A DNA stretch of 57,323 nt, filler included, from Sphacelaria rigidula (lineage: Eukaryota): assembly GCA_964200075.2 (NCBI GenBank). It is 3 parts of 3 records of this genome, joined end to end, with 100 filler letters (N's around TTAATTAATTAA, not from the genome) between each part and the next. Parts side by side here need not be neighbours in the genome. Positions count along the whole stretch, not along the records: positions 1 to 19,055 come from CAXNAA020000742.1; 2 more parts are not named here. One strand, written 5' to 3'. The position numbers were made by a program, and so were the translations under genes. Below the pieces are notes generated by a model, which was not told the origin of the DNA, did no database searches, and saw only the letters and a program-made list of their open reading frames with translations. This document shows, piece after piece, positions 1 through 14,058 of this stretch; position 1 is the first letter of the stretch; every line of letters begins with the position of its first letter.

Positions 1-25
1 GGATAGAACCCCCACGACTAACTTT

Positions 26-115
26 TGTGACGGTTTAAGATACAACCAACTAGACTACTGAAAAGTCAGCGCTGACTTTTCAGTAGTCTAGTTGGTTGTA
101 TCTTAAACCGTCACA
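26..115. repeat. Perfect 90-bp palindrome (45-bp arms, no loop)
   Basis: TGTGACGGTTTAAGATACAACCAACTAGACTACTGAAAAGTCAGC is followed directly by its exact reverse complement; centre between 70 and 71. Confidence 0.97.
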
Positions 116-452
116 GGTGGAAGGCAAGAACCGCGTGGGAAACCACTCCTTTGTGGATTGAATCAATTAAATTATGTCTGAATCCAGACATACTATCAAT
201 GCATGGGTGTGGATGTTCTCCACAACGGCTCACACCAAGAACTCGCGTCAAGCTTGCTACAGCACCTTCAGCGCATCGATGATTTCCGGCAGGCCATTTC
301 ATTCCACGTCCAACATATGACGTGAATCACCTCTGCCACGAACAACTAGAGCCTGCCAACCTGGCAATCATGCCGACCTAGCCATGACAACAAGCGGGGG
401 AAAAAAGCTCTCCTTCTTCCGTTTCCCCCCGAGTTTTCCTTCTCCATCTCAC

Positions 453-3400
453 CATTAGTTCCTCGGTCGCCGCACGCCCCCTGTGGGACAGTTCTGCCGC
501 CCGTTCCCCGATCTCCGAGCGGAGGCGCTGCGCGATGGCTTCGCTTGCCGACACAGTCTTTCGCGTCTCAGACAGTGTCACGTCCACACGTTCCTAGCAT
601 CGTTTCCCGTGAGAGCGTGTCATTTGGAAGGAGATAGGGGAGCATGGGAAGGGAGGAAGAGATTGTTTAGAGTTTCGGCGGCGGGAGATACTGATGTTGT
701 CGTTTAGACGGATATTTCCAGGCGCGTGCATTCATGCTGTAGATGATCAGTCTGGTTGAGGAGACGAGCCAGGGGATGCCGACACGTTACGGGCCACCCG
801 ATAGGTCAACCTGACGTCGTAGTGTTTACCTGCGTGCTGTGGGAACGTGTCGTACGAGTTTGAGGTGTATCGTGCCGACAGGTCGGAAAAAAGAGTCCAC
901 CTTCTGCCTCAGACAGCAGACCACACGCCCAAGACAACCCAGCGGCATGTGCAACACCAACAACCATACTCACGGAATGCATCGCACGTTTCACGTACTT
1001 CCATCGCGTAGTTGTAAACAACATGGCTTTGCAACACATGCACGGGAGATTGGTTCAGAACGAAAATGGAGGCTGTCCAGAACTAAAACCGGCATGACCT
1101 TCAACCGCAATACTACACACTCTGGACAACAGATTCCATTGTCAAAAATTGTACCGCGTACAGAATGGAATCTATTATCTATTGCAATAGACGCAATAGT
1201 CGATACTGTACGCAGTACAATTTTTCACAGTGGAATCTTTTGTCCAGGCTGTGCAATACTATACCCACGTGGTCCCGCTTTTGTGCTCATTCAATCAACC
1301 CGTGGATCTACAAGTTTGGGTAAGAATGTAGAGCTGAGCATCTATTTCTCAAACGTTCGGGTAAATGACATCAGTCTTGCACATCATACGGGGTGCCTAC
1401 GGTTTCCCGCTGGACTCCCCTGCGAGTCATAACCCACATCTCCCGTGGGAGTGTTGGGTTGCCGGAGGGGAATAAGGCGGAGCCACACTCACGCCGCGAC
1501 AAAAATAAACAGTTACCTCTATTTTATATGGCCTCCCGGCTTTTTCCTTCAAATGGGATATTCGTCGTACCTGGAGCCCAGCCAGGGTGGTGTGGTATCG
1601 CTCAGCCTCCCGCGCCACGCGACGCGACTCATGCAGTACCTGGTGGAAGGCAAACAAGACGAGCGATGACAAAAACTTTGGCGGCAAAGGCTAAAAAAGT
1701 AAATCACACGAGCAGAACAACAGAGGTCCAGCGCGTGCCAAAGTTGTGCATCGACATGAAGTATTGCACACCAGAGTCCCGGCACAACCTTCGGAAGCAC
1801 ACCGCAGAAAAATATAATAAAAATTCCCTCGCAGAGCCTCCCCTACGGCAACCGATGCGTGGGAAGCATTCGAAGGTCCACAGCTATACTTGCACAAATA
1901 AAACGCAAGCCAACAGCTCAACGTGCGTGACAAAGTCAGACTATCGTACCACCGATTTACGCATCCCTCCAGTCCACCACTTTCGCATATACCTCTACTT
2001 CGTTGCCAGCCTTGGCGATGAGCTTGCGGCAAGCCACGTCCACCGCGTCGAGGTTCCTAGCGCGCGCTCGACGGGCGATCTCTACTTGCCTCCGAAGCGC
2101 AGCGTTGATTTTTCTTCCCTCCATGCATTGTTCTGCGCGCCGTGCAACCTCTTTCCCGAGAGCAATCACCTGCAAGCAAGGGTTTGGTTTAGTATACGCC
2201 ATGATCGATAGTCACCTGCTGGCATCCTCTTTACGCTTTGTCGTCGCCATTGGTTGCGGCTGAATTCCTTCGGATGGCGGAGTGGGTACGAGCTGCTGTG
2301 GTTTGGATGTGCTGCTTCCACCACCTCTGGTTGTTAGGTTCCACTGTTTCAGGTTCACATAACCATGCCTGGTTTCGTACATGTGCTCGATGCGGTTGCC
2401 CACGCAATGAGGAGGTGAGAAACGCGACGTGCTGTGCTGGTGACATGTTCAAACTATTTATCGTGTTGCAGGAGTCAGGATGTTGTTCTTACTCGTGCAC
2501 CACTATATCTTGACAAAGACGACACATAAAACGCCCAAAAGAGGGATTGAATTATGTAACAAAACACGACACCAGTTTTCCCTCGAACCTCTTCGAGGTG
2601 GCAACTTCCACGGAGGTACGTCAAGCCGCGTGAAATATACACCGTTCACATATCGTTGACGTTTTTTATCGACATATTTGTGGTATTTTCATATGTCATT
2701 GGCTGATATCACCATTGTAGTATTCCGGCAACGAACTCGACATCGGTGAAGAGAGAAGCATGAAAAATTCCGTTTCTTTTCACTATCACTGCACCTGGAC
2801 GACCTTACCAAGTACCAAAAAATATAATCCACGACTACACGAAGGGAACGCAGCGCAACCGGCACGAGGCACATACACACACCAGAACAACTGAAGCACT
2901 CACAAGGGTGCCACCGATTCCACTACATTACATACGCACGCGCGTGTACACAGACACATACGTACCTGATCACGAAGAGCTCGCGTAGTTCGCGGCTCAG
3001 GAGCAGCGCTCACAGAGGACGGGTCACCGCCGCCGCCGCCCCCACAGTCAAATAGTAGATCCAAAAGGGGCGGCGCCATGTTGTCCAATGCTTGCTCGAG
3101 TCTGGGTGCGATGGGCTTCAACTCGACGAGGCCGAGATTCGCAAGAAATCGCGTGGGGTCCTCGTCCCCGAGGCCATCTGCATCCTCGCCCGCCGCGGCG
3201 GCGGCATCGGATCGTTCCATAGTGGCGAGGAGGCGCTTGATTCTCGCGGCTTCTTCCAGCAGGTGTTTCGTAGCCGCTTCCCCGTCTGATGACGTGTCCG
3301 CGTCTTCAGCGTAGGCCCATTCACCGCGTGCTCCGTGCGCCTTACCGTCTTCGTTTAGCCAACCTTTGCCAGCTTCACCCCCCGAGCGAGTCCCACTAGC

Positions 3401-6400
3401 TGTCCGACTGTGCTCCCGCCCTCTGTCGCATCGTTGCTGCTGGCCGGGTTCGCTGGCGGTGGAGAATGTGCCCAAAATGTCGCGATTTTCCGAACGCGCC
3501 AACTGCGCATGGTGGTGGTATTGGTGGCCAATTGTCGTCACAACGGTATCAGTAGGGAAAAACGAGCGAGTGGGCGAGAAGGGAAGGGAAGTCGGCATTC
3601 TCGGGTGTCTAGATGACGGCGATCCATGGCTCATCGTGATCGTCCTCGGCGTTTGAGATCCTGCCGGAGCATCAGTCAACATATCTGCCCCTGCGGCCGC
3701 CGCCTCGGGATGACTCGTTCTCATGATCCCGTTCGGTGACGTAAACGGCTCAGCAGTACGCCTCGGTGATGAATGCCGAGCCCAAATGATGTCCTTCCCG
3801 TCGTCGAAGCATCTGGCATTGTTGCTCCCGGGAATATCATCGAAGTCACCGTCAACCTTCAAAGTACCCGGCAACGGTCCCGCCGTCTTTCGTTGTGCAC
3901 TCTGCTCCAAATTTTGCCACTCTATCAGCGCTCCCTTCTTTACAACGGCATCATCAGCACCACACCTTCTAGACATCCCTTCCTCCTCCTCCGACACCAT
4001 TTTACCTACTTCAACTGTTGCAGCCGCAACTTCCTGTTCGCTAGACCGCGGCGCCGATTGAGCAAAGGCCTCGATATTACACGCTTCTTCCCCCATCCGC
4101 GCTAACAAAAACATACCTGCCGACACCATGGATGATTGCGGGGGACCCGTCCGGAGCTCACCGCCTTTACCACCGTGCCCTGGAGCCACCAGCACGGGCC
4201 GCCTGGGCAACGTCAAACCACGGGCAACACGCCTCGCACCGTGATCATCATTGCTGCGTAGGCCGATGCTTCCTGAATGTATCGGCCGCTCCGGTGGCGT
4301 TTCCTCGTACGTATCCGACGGCGGCATTTGTGCAACCTCTCTGTCATGTTCCACCTCCCATACCCCCCCCGCGCCGCCTCCTGTTTCGACAGCACTTGAG
4401 TCGACCTCCACCATTGCCGCCTGTCGGTCCGGCCCAGTTGGATCACTTCGTCCGCCGCTTGGTCGTCGTGTACACTGCCCGGCCTCCGCCGCCGCCGCCG
4501 CCGCCGCCGCCGCCTGACCCGGTCGAACGGACGGACCCCGCGAGGTTTCTCGCTGCTCATCTATATCTCGCGTTTCGTCGACGACTCCACATCCCCCTTC
4601 ACCCGAAACTGCCCCAGTCCAATGTCCCTCACTCATACCCGATTTGTGCCTTACCGCGGGGGACGACGCCGTTGGAGCATTTATTCTGGCAACGGGCATA
4701 GGTCCAGGGGTGGCGTCAGCATGATTCCCACCAGTAATGCTGTCGCCGTCAGGAAAACGCTTGGGTGGGGGGTGTTTCGGATTGGGAGCAGTGCCTCGGG
4801 GTTGTGAAGGCACCGGGGGATGCGGTCCGACTCGTGGCGGTACGATGATGGCCCACTGGTCGTCACTGCAGCCTACATTCGCCGCGAGATCATGCAGGAA
4901 ACGCACCGTCTGGGACGACGCTCGGCGGAATGTGTCCGCCTCTCGCCGACGAATGTCTTCGCAACACGCCAGCAAATTGCTTTCCGCCGCTTGGATGCGG
5001 CGTTGCACCTGTCGAGTTGATGAGGCGGATACAACGTGAGTCCTACAGTACACATTATCTCTCATCGGTCATGTGGCCCCACGCTGAAGGGGGTGGCCAA
5101 TACCCGAGATCAAACATGATCGACCGTTGAGAAAGTCTAGAAGAAAGTCATGCTTGGGAATATAACCAAATTCCGCCACGTTTTCGACATGTTCTATAAA
5201 GGGGGAAGGAAGAAAACCTCCCCAAAATCCCACACACGTGAAGGCATTTGCTGCCATGGCATTTCAATACCTGCCCCGCTTTCATCCCCGCTGGCCTCAC
5301 TATCCACGACATGCTCACTTCTTCCAAAACGTGCGTCCACATTCGGGTGCCCGGTGAATCAAGCGTCGCGGTCGCCCCTTCCGATAGATCACGGGTGCCC
5401 TGGCCTTTGGATCGTCGGGCGGCCATGACCTCGGCTGTTGAACGTGGCCGGCGCCAAGCATTTACACATTTGTGCCATTCCAACAGCGGAGAGGGGGATA
5501 CGCGGAAAGTTAAGTCAATACTCTGCTAAAAAAAAGCCGGGTTATAAGATCCGGGGCTATGGACGTAGTCACGAGGCCGAGGAAACAGTCACGTTGTGGT
5601 CGCGGTGTTGACAAGATCGTGGCCAAACGTCTAGTCGACGATGGCCTCAGGGTTATCGTGTCTTGTCGCACACATGCACCTTCGCACTACTAGAGTTGCT
5701 GCACATCGCGGAAGCTGCGAAGAAAAACGCTGCCCTTGGCGAACTCGGGAGTTACTTTACTTTCCGAAGTGAGCTGAAAAACAAGAGAAAAAAAAAACGG
5801 GAAGCTCGTGAGCAAAAAAGTGTACAAAAGCAACGCTCGAGCCCAACAGGAAAATATACCGTGCTCCCCGTATACGAGTGTGAAGGTTAAGGATGCGTAC
5901 AACTGCGTCGCCGCAGAGAACAACATGGGCCACTGGCATCTTGAAGTCTAGAAGGGGCGGAAGAGCTCAGGGGCACGTGGCGACGCGAAGACAAACGCGA
6001 ATCGGGTCTCCAGCACAGTCGAGAAGCTCGTGCTTGTGCGTCGAGAGCCGCCCATCGGAGAGAATACTTGGTCGGTGATCTTGCGGTGTTCCCTGGTTTG
6101 TGTGTACCTGCTCTACTGTACGGTGTCTTTGAGCTTCATCACTTCGACAGTCTCCTTCTTCCCTCTTCTATCTTTCTTTCCCCATCTCTCATCCTACGTG
6201 TGTTCATTCCTCCCGGTTTGTGCAAGTCGCAGTTTGGTACCTCGCTTCCGTAAGGTCCATGGATGAGAGCTTATACCTAAGATATAATAGTGTAACCGAA
6301 AACATTAACCACACTCTGTCCCCACGGCATTTCGTTTTCTTTCACGATCAAATAAGGCATGCGAGTGTGTTGCGCGAGGCCTTTTCCATCTGAAGCAATG

Positions 6401-9400
6401 CTGCCGAGGCTGATAATTTCTAGTTTTTTCTTGTCTTTCTTTGTTTTTTCAGTCTACTCTGTTTGTCTGTTCTACCCTTACGTTTTCTTCAATATTTTTC
6501 AGCGAGTATTTTCATTTGTTTCATCCCGAGTTCATCTACCATATGACTGACCACTGGAGGATCCCTGGAGGATCAGTCAAAGAGCGACAATTTAATAAAC
6601 CAATCAAATCAATCAATCCATTCAAGTTCCACGGGTGGGTGCGGTAAACACTCACCGAACAATTCTGCAGCTTCGTCTAAACCGCACCTCTCCATAGCCT
6701 TCAACTCCAGCCGGTCGAACGCAGGCCAGCCACTGGCGTGCAAAAACACCAGGATCTGCTCCAATGTACAATAGTAAACCCCAAACAAGCGCAGAACAAC
6801 CAATAAACACAACATGGCTTATCGGAACAGAACACCCCAAAAACCACACCGTGACCATGACCCATCAGCACAAAATTGACACATCAACAGCGATCGACGC
6901 CACACTGGGATATCAGGCATACAAAAGGAGCAACTAGAGTCAACGATGAGGAGGAGCATCGTCCGCTCACAGTACTCTCATGAGAATCGACTTCCTTCCG
7001 GAGGACGTGTCGTTTTGTTTCGGGCTGGTGTTACACAGCCTGGTCATCATCCAGTCATATGACCAACGGAGGAGGGGCGGAGCAAGAGGTACCTGCGGGA
7101 TCAGTAGAATGCGATATTACCAGAATAGGCACTTTTGCGATTTACAACAATGCGACCGCTGGTAGCATTAAAGAGGAGCAACATCGACACCCTTGCGATG
7201 AAACCTAGTCGAAATTAGGAGCTTAGACCTGCGTACGATTGCTACTGGCAAGGAAAATACTGCATTGAATGCAGTCATCGTTTGACAGCAAGCTTCGTCT
7301 CGGGACAGTATCGCCGCCTGACAGCCCCGAAACTTCCATGGCAGCGGGGGAGCGGGGGTCTTTTGTTTGGGGAGGCGCTGTGGGGTACGGCTTCTTAGAT
7401 AATCGAAGGACCTTTCCCACATCAACCACGCGTGTTTTTAGAAAATTTGTACGACAGGCAACACGGCGAAAGTGAGGGAAGTCACCATTTTGATGCTTTA
7501 GGTTGGTCTACATGAGCCAATATGCCCCCCTACGAATCACCCAATACCGCGCGCTTGGCGGTCAAGCTGTATTCGACCATTTCCGCAAGGACCACTCTAC
7601 CATTGAAGCACGCGGAGAAGGAGGTTGATTTGTGCTCTATGCACCTCACACAGCCTTTGCAACCTGCCCGCCTCCTCTTGATATTGTTGTAGAGCACCAA
7701 AGAGAGATAGAAACCGCGTGCAACCGATTGTATGGAGTGGAGAGCGATTACACACTGGTCGTATTGTAATGCTGCACCACGCCACCGATGGAAGACGCTT
7801 GTATGAGCGATACAGCCGTCGTAGTGCAAACTGTACAGTACGGGAGAGATCATATGTGATGCGTGCAACATCAAATATGCTGCAGGTATGCCACCACTGC
7901 TCCGACCTTAGTAAGACCGCGGACGCTCAAATCGATATTATGTTGTTTACATACATTTCAGCAGCAGAGACTACCAGCATGCACTCCTTGCAAAGCATGA
8001 AACCACGTCACCGACAAAAATGGCTCAGCAAAGACGTACAAGCGTCTGACGACATTCAAGCCCTACCAGGGGGTCTCCTGCATCAGAATCATCGCAGATG
8101 TTCAATATCCACCTTTTCACGCCACTAAGTGTCCTGTATGACTTGAAAAACAGTATATCAAACCCAAACGGACCATGGTCGATTTGGGCGATCCAGGTAG
8201 GAGATGAAGTCAAAGATCTAACCCCGTTGCCGCTCAGTCATGTGGTCATTTCGAGTACTGCACGTGAGTGCCAATGCGAACGTTCATGACTTGATTCAAA
8301 TATTCAAATGCTCAGTCAGTGATCGCAACAGCTTCGTAGCGAGAAGGTGAAACCAAAACCACAGGCGAAGGAAATGCAATTACATACCTGATGAATAGGA
8401 AGTATAGTAGCCAGGTGTTGCCGCCACCCCCTCCGCCCCAACTGATCTCTATCGCCCCCCGATGAAATCAACACGCCCCTCTCCGTGCCACCCCCTCCGA
8501 CAGATCTCAGCAGCGCTTGCCGCAGCTCTACGTGACACTTCAAAAGTCCCGACATGTGCATGAGGATATGGCAACGGCAGCGCTCTCTAGCTGTTCGATC
8601 GACCGCTGCTGTTTCTGCCGCCACTACGGCGGGAGATTCTGTCCTCTCCGCTAGTTTAACCTTGAAAAACAAGCACATTCGGTGTCAAAAAGAAACGGGG
8701 GGGGGGAGGGGGGGGGGCGTTCCTCGCTATGGTCCTGACGATGTGAGCGGACGGGGAGGCCAATTTCGTGGCGGGTGTCGTGTTTAGACGACGTCAAGCC
8801 ATTACGAGCAAATTTCTGTGGCGTGGACACGACATGGATCACCTCGTGGTTTTCCCAATTTTCTTCCTCAGACAGTGTACCATACATCACTTCTCGCAAA
8901 TAAACACCTCACGGTGGTCCAGAGTCTTCAAGCGAGGCGAGTCCACATAGCACAACACATGCGCCCGGTAGTTGGAAGCGCCACAGACAGGGTTGCCCTC
9001 AAGTGACATCGTCTCCACACGTTCAAGGGCTCCGAGCGGCCGCAGATCCTCCGTGCGGCGCAGCAGGTTATTCGCCACGGAAAGAGACAACACGCCCGAA
9101 AAAGACTCTAGGTCTCGGAGAGAGCACAGGTTGTTGTTGCTGAGGAAGAGATGGATTGCTCGAGAGGCTACGCTTGGCGGCACGTCATCCAGGCTGGTAA
9201 TGTTTTTTCCGACCTGCGCGCGCCCAATCCGACGATAGATGGTGGGAGTTGAGTTTCAATCAGAACGAGCAAATCGAGTTGAGGCAAAGTAATTACTTTC
9301 GGGATTTTCGAGTAAGTTATCTACCCTTGAGGTGCCCAGCAATACCTCCCGCGCATTTCTCGTATCACGTTATGGGATAACAGTCATTTCTTGGAAGTCC

Positions 9401-11047
9401 AGCAAGTCTTGATGATTTTTCCCTTTGTGTCTACGCAGTCATGTGAAAATGGCAAGGTGTGCGGTCAGCCTTTACGGTTATGAACAAAGCTGTAAAGTAC
9501 ACGATGCGAACTACTTGGAACCGCATCGCAACACTTACCGCTGAAATTTTGGTTCCATCACTTGCCATAAGGCCACTCATCGTCCGCAGCGCTCGGCCCA
9601 GCGATAGCGTTTCCGAAGAAACAGGTGAAGTATGAAGTCTCGTCTTGCTACGGCTGCCACCTCCAAACACTGAAAGAGATGCCTGCCCAGCAGCACCCCT
9701 CGCTCCCCCGACACCATAATAGCCGCCGCTGCGTCCTACTAGCCCCGAAACGATCGAAGTCGCGCCCGAAGGCGGAGCGACAGTCGAAGCATCGAGCCCG
9801 ACGCCACCGCCGCTTCCTGCAGCATTGCCGCGCTCTTTCACCGTACCTCCCCGTGATCCTGTATGCGGTACCCTGTTGGCAACCTTGCTCGCAGAGCGGG
9901 GGCTTCCGCTGCGCGAAAGCATATGACCTCGACGCCCTCGAATTGCAACGCCCACGACTCTACCCGCTTTTGCTTGGGTCGCTGGGTGCGATCGGTATTG
10001 CCTGTTGTCTCGAGCTATCCCAGTGCTACTGCTGCTCCCGCCATGATGACCGCTGATCGATTTGCCTCTGTGCGGGAACTCGGTTGCTAAACACGACAGC
10101 TTTCGCCCGCTGCAAGCGGCATCATCATTCCGCCCCAGCAATGAGTTGTCTGCTCGTTCCGCTTCGATGTCCTCTGCATCCCCATCGTCTGGATGGTCGC
10201 AACCGGCGGCGCTCATGGCTTCTATAGCCTTGGACTCTTTCCAAAACAATGTGCTCGACTCACGCGCGCTCATCGCCGCCGTGCTGGTTTTCCTCGGTTT
10301 TCCGGAGCTTCCAGCTCCTGCCGAAACCCGGGCGGATGCAGTAGGGGTAGCAGCAATCCCGCTGAGTACACTTGTGTCTCGCGACTGCTGGTGGTGGCTT
10401 TCGACCTGCCGAGACTGCAGTTTTGCACTCGACACAGCTGAACCAGCAGCGGAAATGGTAGCATAACGCCTGACTACGCCGGTTGTGGAAAAAGATGCTA
10501 CCTGCTGCTGTCGTTCACCCCATCGCTGGATAGGATGTTTTTCCTCTCCATCGCCCACAGCCGACATCTCCTCTTGAATCCGCAGATCTTCCCCCGAAGT
10601 GTACACATCGGCGCTGCTACCGAGACGTCCCTGTGAACTTGTTCTCTGTCCTCTACATTCTTCCCTTTCTGCGGCAGCTACTGCCTCTAATAGCGCGCTA
10701 CCACGAGACGGTCCACCGCTCCATGATTGCGCCACTGGCGCGGGAACAGGGCGCCGTGGTGGCGATCTCGGGGTAGGGAGAACGCTGGAGTGCCGCGCAA
10801 CCGGAGCAACGCCAACAACACCACCACTACCACCGCCGCAAGGCGCTTGGTCTCCAATTACATCGTCAATATAGAAATCATCCGATCCCAGTGATCTTTT
10901 CTGCATAGAAGCTACGCGCCGTTGGTCGCCGTCGCCACCGTCCTCGCCATCGACGTTGGCTTTTCTCTGCAGAAATAGCTCTAGATATGACTGCTGACCG
11001 GGTGTTCCACTTGCTTCTGTGCATCTTGGCTCGGCCGCCGCCGCCAT
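453..11047 (-). CDS. Large multi-exon leucine-rich-repeat (LRR + LRRcap) protein with long low-complexity regions and C-terminal coiled coil; 3' end and some middle exons unresolved
   Basis: GT-AG exons read by eye: 11047-9539 (ATG, MAAAAEPR..KISA), 9213-8908 (VGKNITSLDD..LFLSNNNLCSL..LSVANNLL..LEGNPVCGASNYRAHVL..LKTLDHRE, LRR repeats plus LRRcap) and 8660-8388, joined in phase 0. Probable exons near 7600-7900 and 5320-5490. Then ~5043-2966, 2169-1993, 1639-1571 and 593-453, the last three coiled-coil-like and phase 0. Confidence 0.85.
6400..6620 (+). mobile_element. Non-LTR retroelement 3' end with (CAAT)n tail, intronic
   Basis: T-rich tract, then GACCACTGGAGGATCCC..GGATCAGTCAAAGAGCGACAAT..CAATCAATC; homologous to the copies at 16855 and 54410. 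Confidence 0.7.
8908..9213 (-). CDS. LRR/LRRcap-encoding exon of the contig-1 gene
   Basis: CAG acceptor, GT donor, 306 bp. LxLSNNxL and LSVANNLL repeats, GNPVC, and a YRxxV..LxxLD LRRcap motif. Confidence 0.9.
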
Positions 11048-11365
11048 CTCGCCAGGCGCGGGCACCGAATAAACAACAGACAATCATCTACGAGTGCTGG
11101 TGAGCAACATCGTGTACGAGCGTCATCGCCGACGCGAGACAACCCAGCCGTGTCGACGTGCTCTTGCTGTGATCTAGTCGCTTCGCGCAACCCCTGCCAT
11201 ACTCCATGGTGAAGGTGCAACTAACGGGTCAGATACACCCAAAATCAAGGACTCGGTGAAGGACCGGAAAACCCCTAACGGCAATTGCTCACGGCAAGGC
11301 TGCCGTCCAGTTACTCTCAGGCGAAGCACAGACTAGCCAAGGAAGAGGCATCCGCTGTGGTAGCA

Positions 11366-11715
11366 ATGCCCTTTCACGACATCACCAACCGCAACACAAG
11401 TACTCCTATGCAGACATATCAGTATCATCCTTCTCCTGAGAACGAGCAGCGGCAGACCACCGTCTCTGCAGCACAATTCCCTCCTTACTCGTCTCAAGCC
11501 CCGTCGCAGTATTGGTCGAGTACCCAGGGGCCAGCCTGTGTTCCTCTTCCCCCCCAACAGCCTACACAAGGGTGAGCGCTGTCTTTTGTGTGCGATGTTT
11601 GTGGATATGTTCATGTGTGTTTCCCTAGCTTTTCTATGTGCTGCTGTTTGTTCCCATGGTCAGTGTGCATCTGCAGCACAGTCAGCTATTCCGCTACAAA
11701 CTGCAACATGAACGG
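11366..11715 (+). CDS. Possible small divergent gene; first exon encodes a P/Q/S-rich peptide (MPFHDITNRN..)
   Basis: ATG at 11366, strong donor G|GTGAGC after 11571, in-phase candidate exon from ~11677 (TVSYSATNCNMNG). Downstream structure unresolved. Confidence 0.45.
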
Positions 11716-14058
11716 GTACAGACACCACTGATGAAGTCTATAATATGCACAAATCCTAATTCCTAGTCCCATCACATCCGACATATCAACACCCTTTACC
11801 TACTGTATTTGAAGTTGGGATCAACAAACTGATTTCCTGGGCCCAATTCGTTACCTAATTCAATATATCTCCCCTGAATACCGAGTGATGTAGTGTGATC
11901 CTTGATCGCGGGCCGGTTCTGTATCCGCGGCATTTTGGTTTTGGCGGCAAACGTGCATATAAAGTTGACGATCGCATTTGCTATTGTGCCTAGGTACCAC
12001 TACTATGCTTCACTGAACTGTCTTGTGCTGTGCTCCATAGGACATCAGGCCCTCTTGGATGGATCATAAGTGGATCGCTGGGGAGTATGAACAATTTGTT
12101 GCGGTCAACAGCATGACGCGTGTCAGGCCCTGGGTGTTTGGACCACGGAATGTGAAGATTGAAGATTGACATCGACTGACCGTAATCCAAGTATTCGAGT
12201 TTTGTAACCGGTCTTTTGGAGGCGTTTTCTATACCCGGCATATGTAAAAAATTATAATCAACCATGTGGTGGCGAAAACGGGTAGAAACCGGGTTGGGAT
12301 GGAGTAGAGAGATCGATTATCAGCACATTAATTTCCAGCACTCCACGTTTTTGTTGTAAGGAATATCTGACTGCCCTTGTCAGGAAGGTGAGGACGTGAG
12401 TAGCTACAGTACGTAAAATTGGTAGAGTCGACGCCATGCTGGAGTACTTTTCGTAACCCAATCCGCGATACTACCAAAAATGCCAGACATGTACCGGGGG
12501 GGAAACGTTCATCCAGTGAGGCACGGATTCGTCCCGAGGAAGCGGAGCTATTAAAATATCATGAAGAGGCAAGGTTGACGCAATCTACGCGGATGCTTGT
12601 GTTGCAGCTTTCATTCCATGACAAATGATGGAAATCGCATCGTAGTCAATGCTCAAATATTCTGCATGCACGCTCAGATCCTGCTAACTAACTGTGCACA
12701 GCGGGCCGCACCATATATTATAAGGGTTAGGTAAAAGACTTCTGAAACAAACCGGTGATGATGAGGTCATGGTGGAGTTTGCGCGAGAAGTTTTTGAAAC
12801 ATCCCTTCTGCCTTCGCGTGAAGAGTCCAATATGGGAACAGCAAAGGGGAGGGGGGGGGTGTTTCACACCGCGGCATGGAGAGAACTTCCCCCTTGATGA
12901 GCAAATATCGTTGTGTGATGACCCCGGCCTCACACGGCGTTAAGAGGGCAGTATCGGTTCTTGCAAAGGATGACCAGAGGGTGAAGCATAGGCTGGTGGT
13001 CGCGACGTCCCCCGCTGGGTTGTTTCCCGGGGAAGGGATGAGACACTTCGGGCACAAGAAAATGGTGCACGAGAGACGGGTACACAGATCAAAGAGCGTC
13101 GTATACGACGATTTGACTTTAGCAGGAACAGGCGAGGTGTAGGAACGCCGGGCAGTGACGACCGCCATCGGCTAGGACTGCTTCGTACTTCGTGGAGGGT
13201 TGCGGCAAGATGTACAGCACACGGTTATCGGAGGAGCCCGAAAGGGCGGAGGGAGAAAAAAAGCAGAGGACTTGACTATCCCCGCGGCTATGAAGTGAGT
13301 CACACGAGGTACGTTTGTAATACGGGGGCAGTCAGCGCAGCTTGGACATCCCTATTCTCGACAACAACAAAAAAAGTGAAAAAATTGTCGTCAGCGACCA
13401 CAGGCCATCAGTGTATACATGAGTACTTTATTCATGCACCACGTGTTGCTGCAGCGTGCGTAACGTGATACGTACAGCATTTCCCAAACCGTTGAGTAAT
13501 TACAGTCCCGCGAGCGAGTGTTTGTATTTGGAAAAATATGCGTTGGTGAGCGTAGACGAACGCCAGGTGGACATGAGCGGTTGGCAAAAGAATCTTGACA
13601 AAATAGAAGTTTTAGCCAGTAGGATGAGAGTTCGCCGCTGGACTATGAAGTGGCAGGTGTAATGCCGATAGTCACCGTCAACATGTTTTGATTTGGCACC
13701 TACCCAATCCAAGGTCGCACACAACGACGCGCCGCAGGCTGTGGCTGGTGAAGTTGGCATGCTCGCATCTCATGGTTACAGCTGCTGCTGTCGTACAACC
13801 ACTGCTCATTGTGATTTCTACGCGTAACGGCCAAATTTACCGTGCGTTATGTATGGCACACCGTATGATATCCGCGCGCCAAATACCCACCCTCTCCCTC
13901 AATATCACCCCCGGGTGATTGATTTTCGATCGTTTTAGGGGCCATAACGATATGGACAGACCTGCATCGGGGTACGTTGGATACCACTCCCCGTATATAA
14001 TATCAGCGGATGATGAATTTTCGGCACCCAAGAAATAATTTCCGGTCGTGGCTCATGC

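Noticed and set aside
839..2211. Plus-strand ORFs of 197 and 272 aa
   Set aside because: They are antisense to exons and introns of the LRR gene and show no motifs.
12767..13168. Overlapping ORFs on both strands
   Set aside because: No recognisable motif or convincing splice chain.
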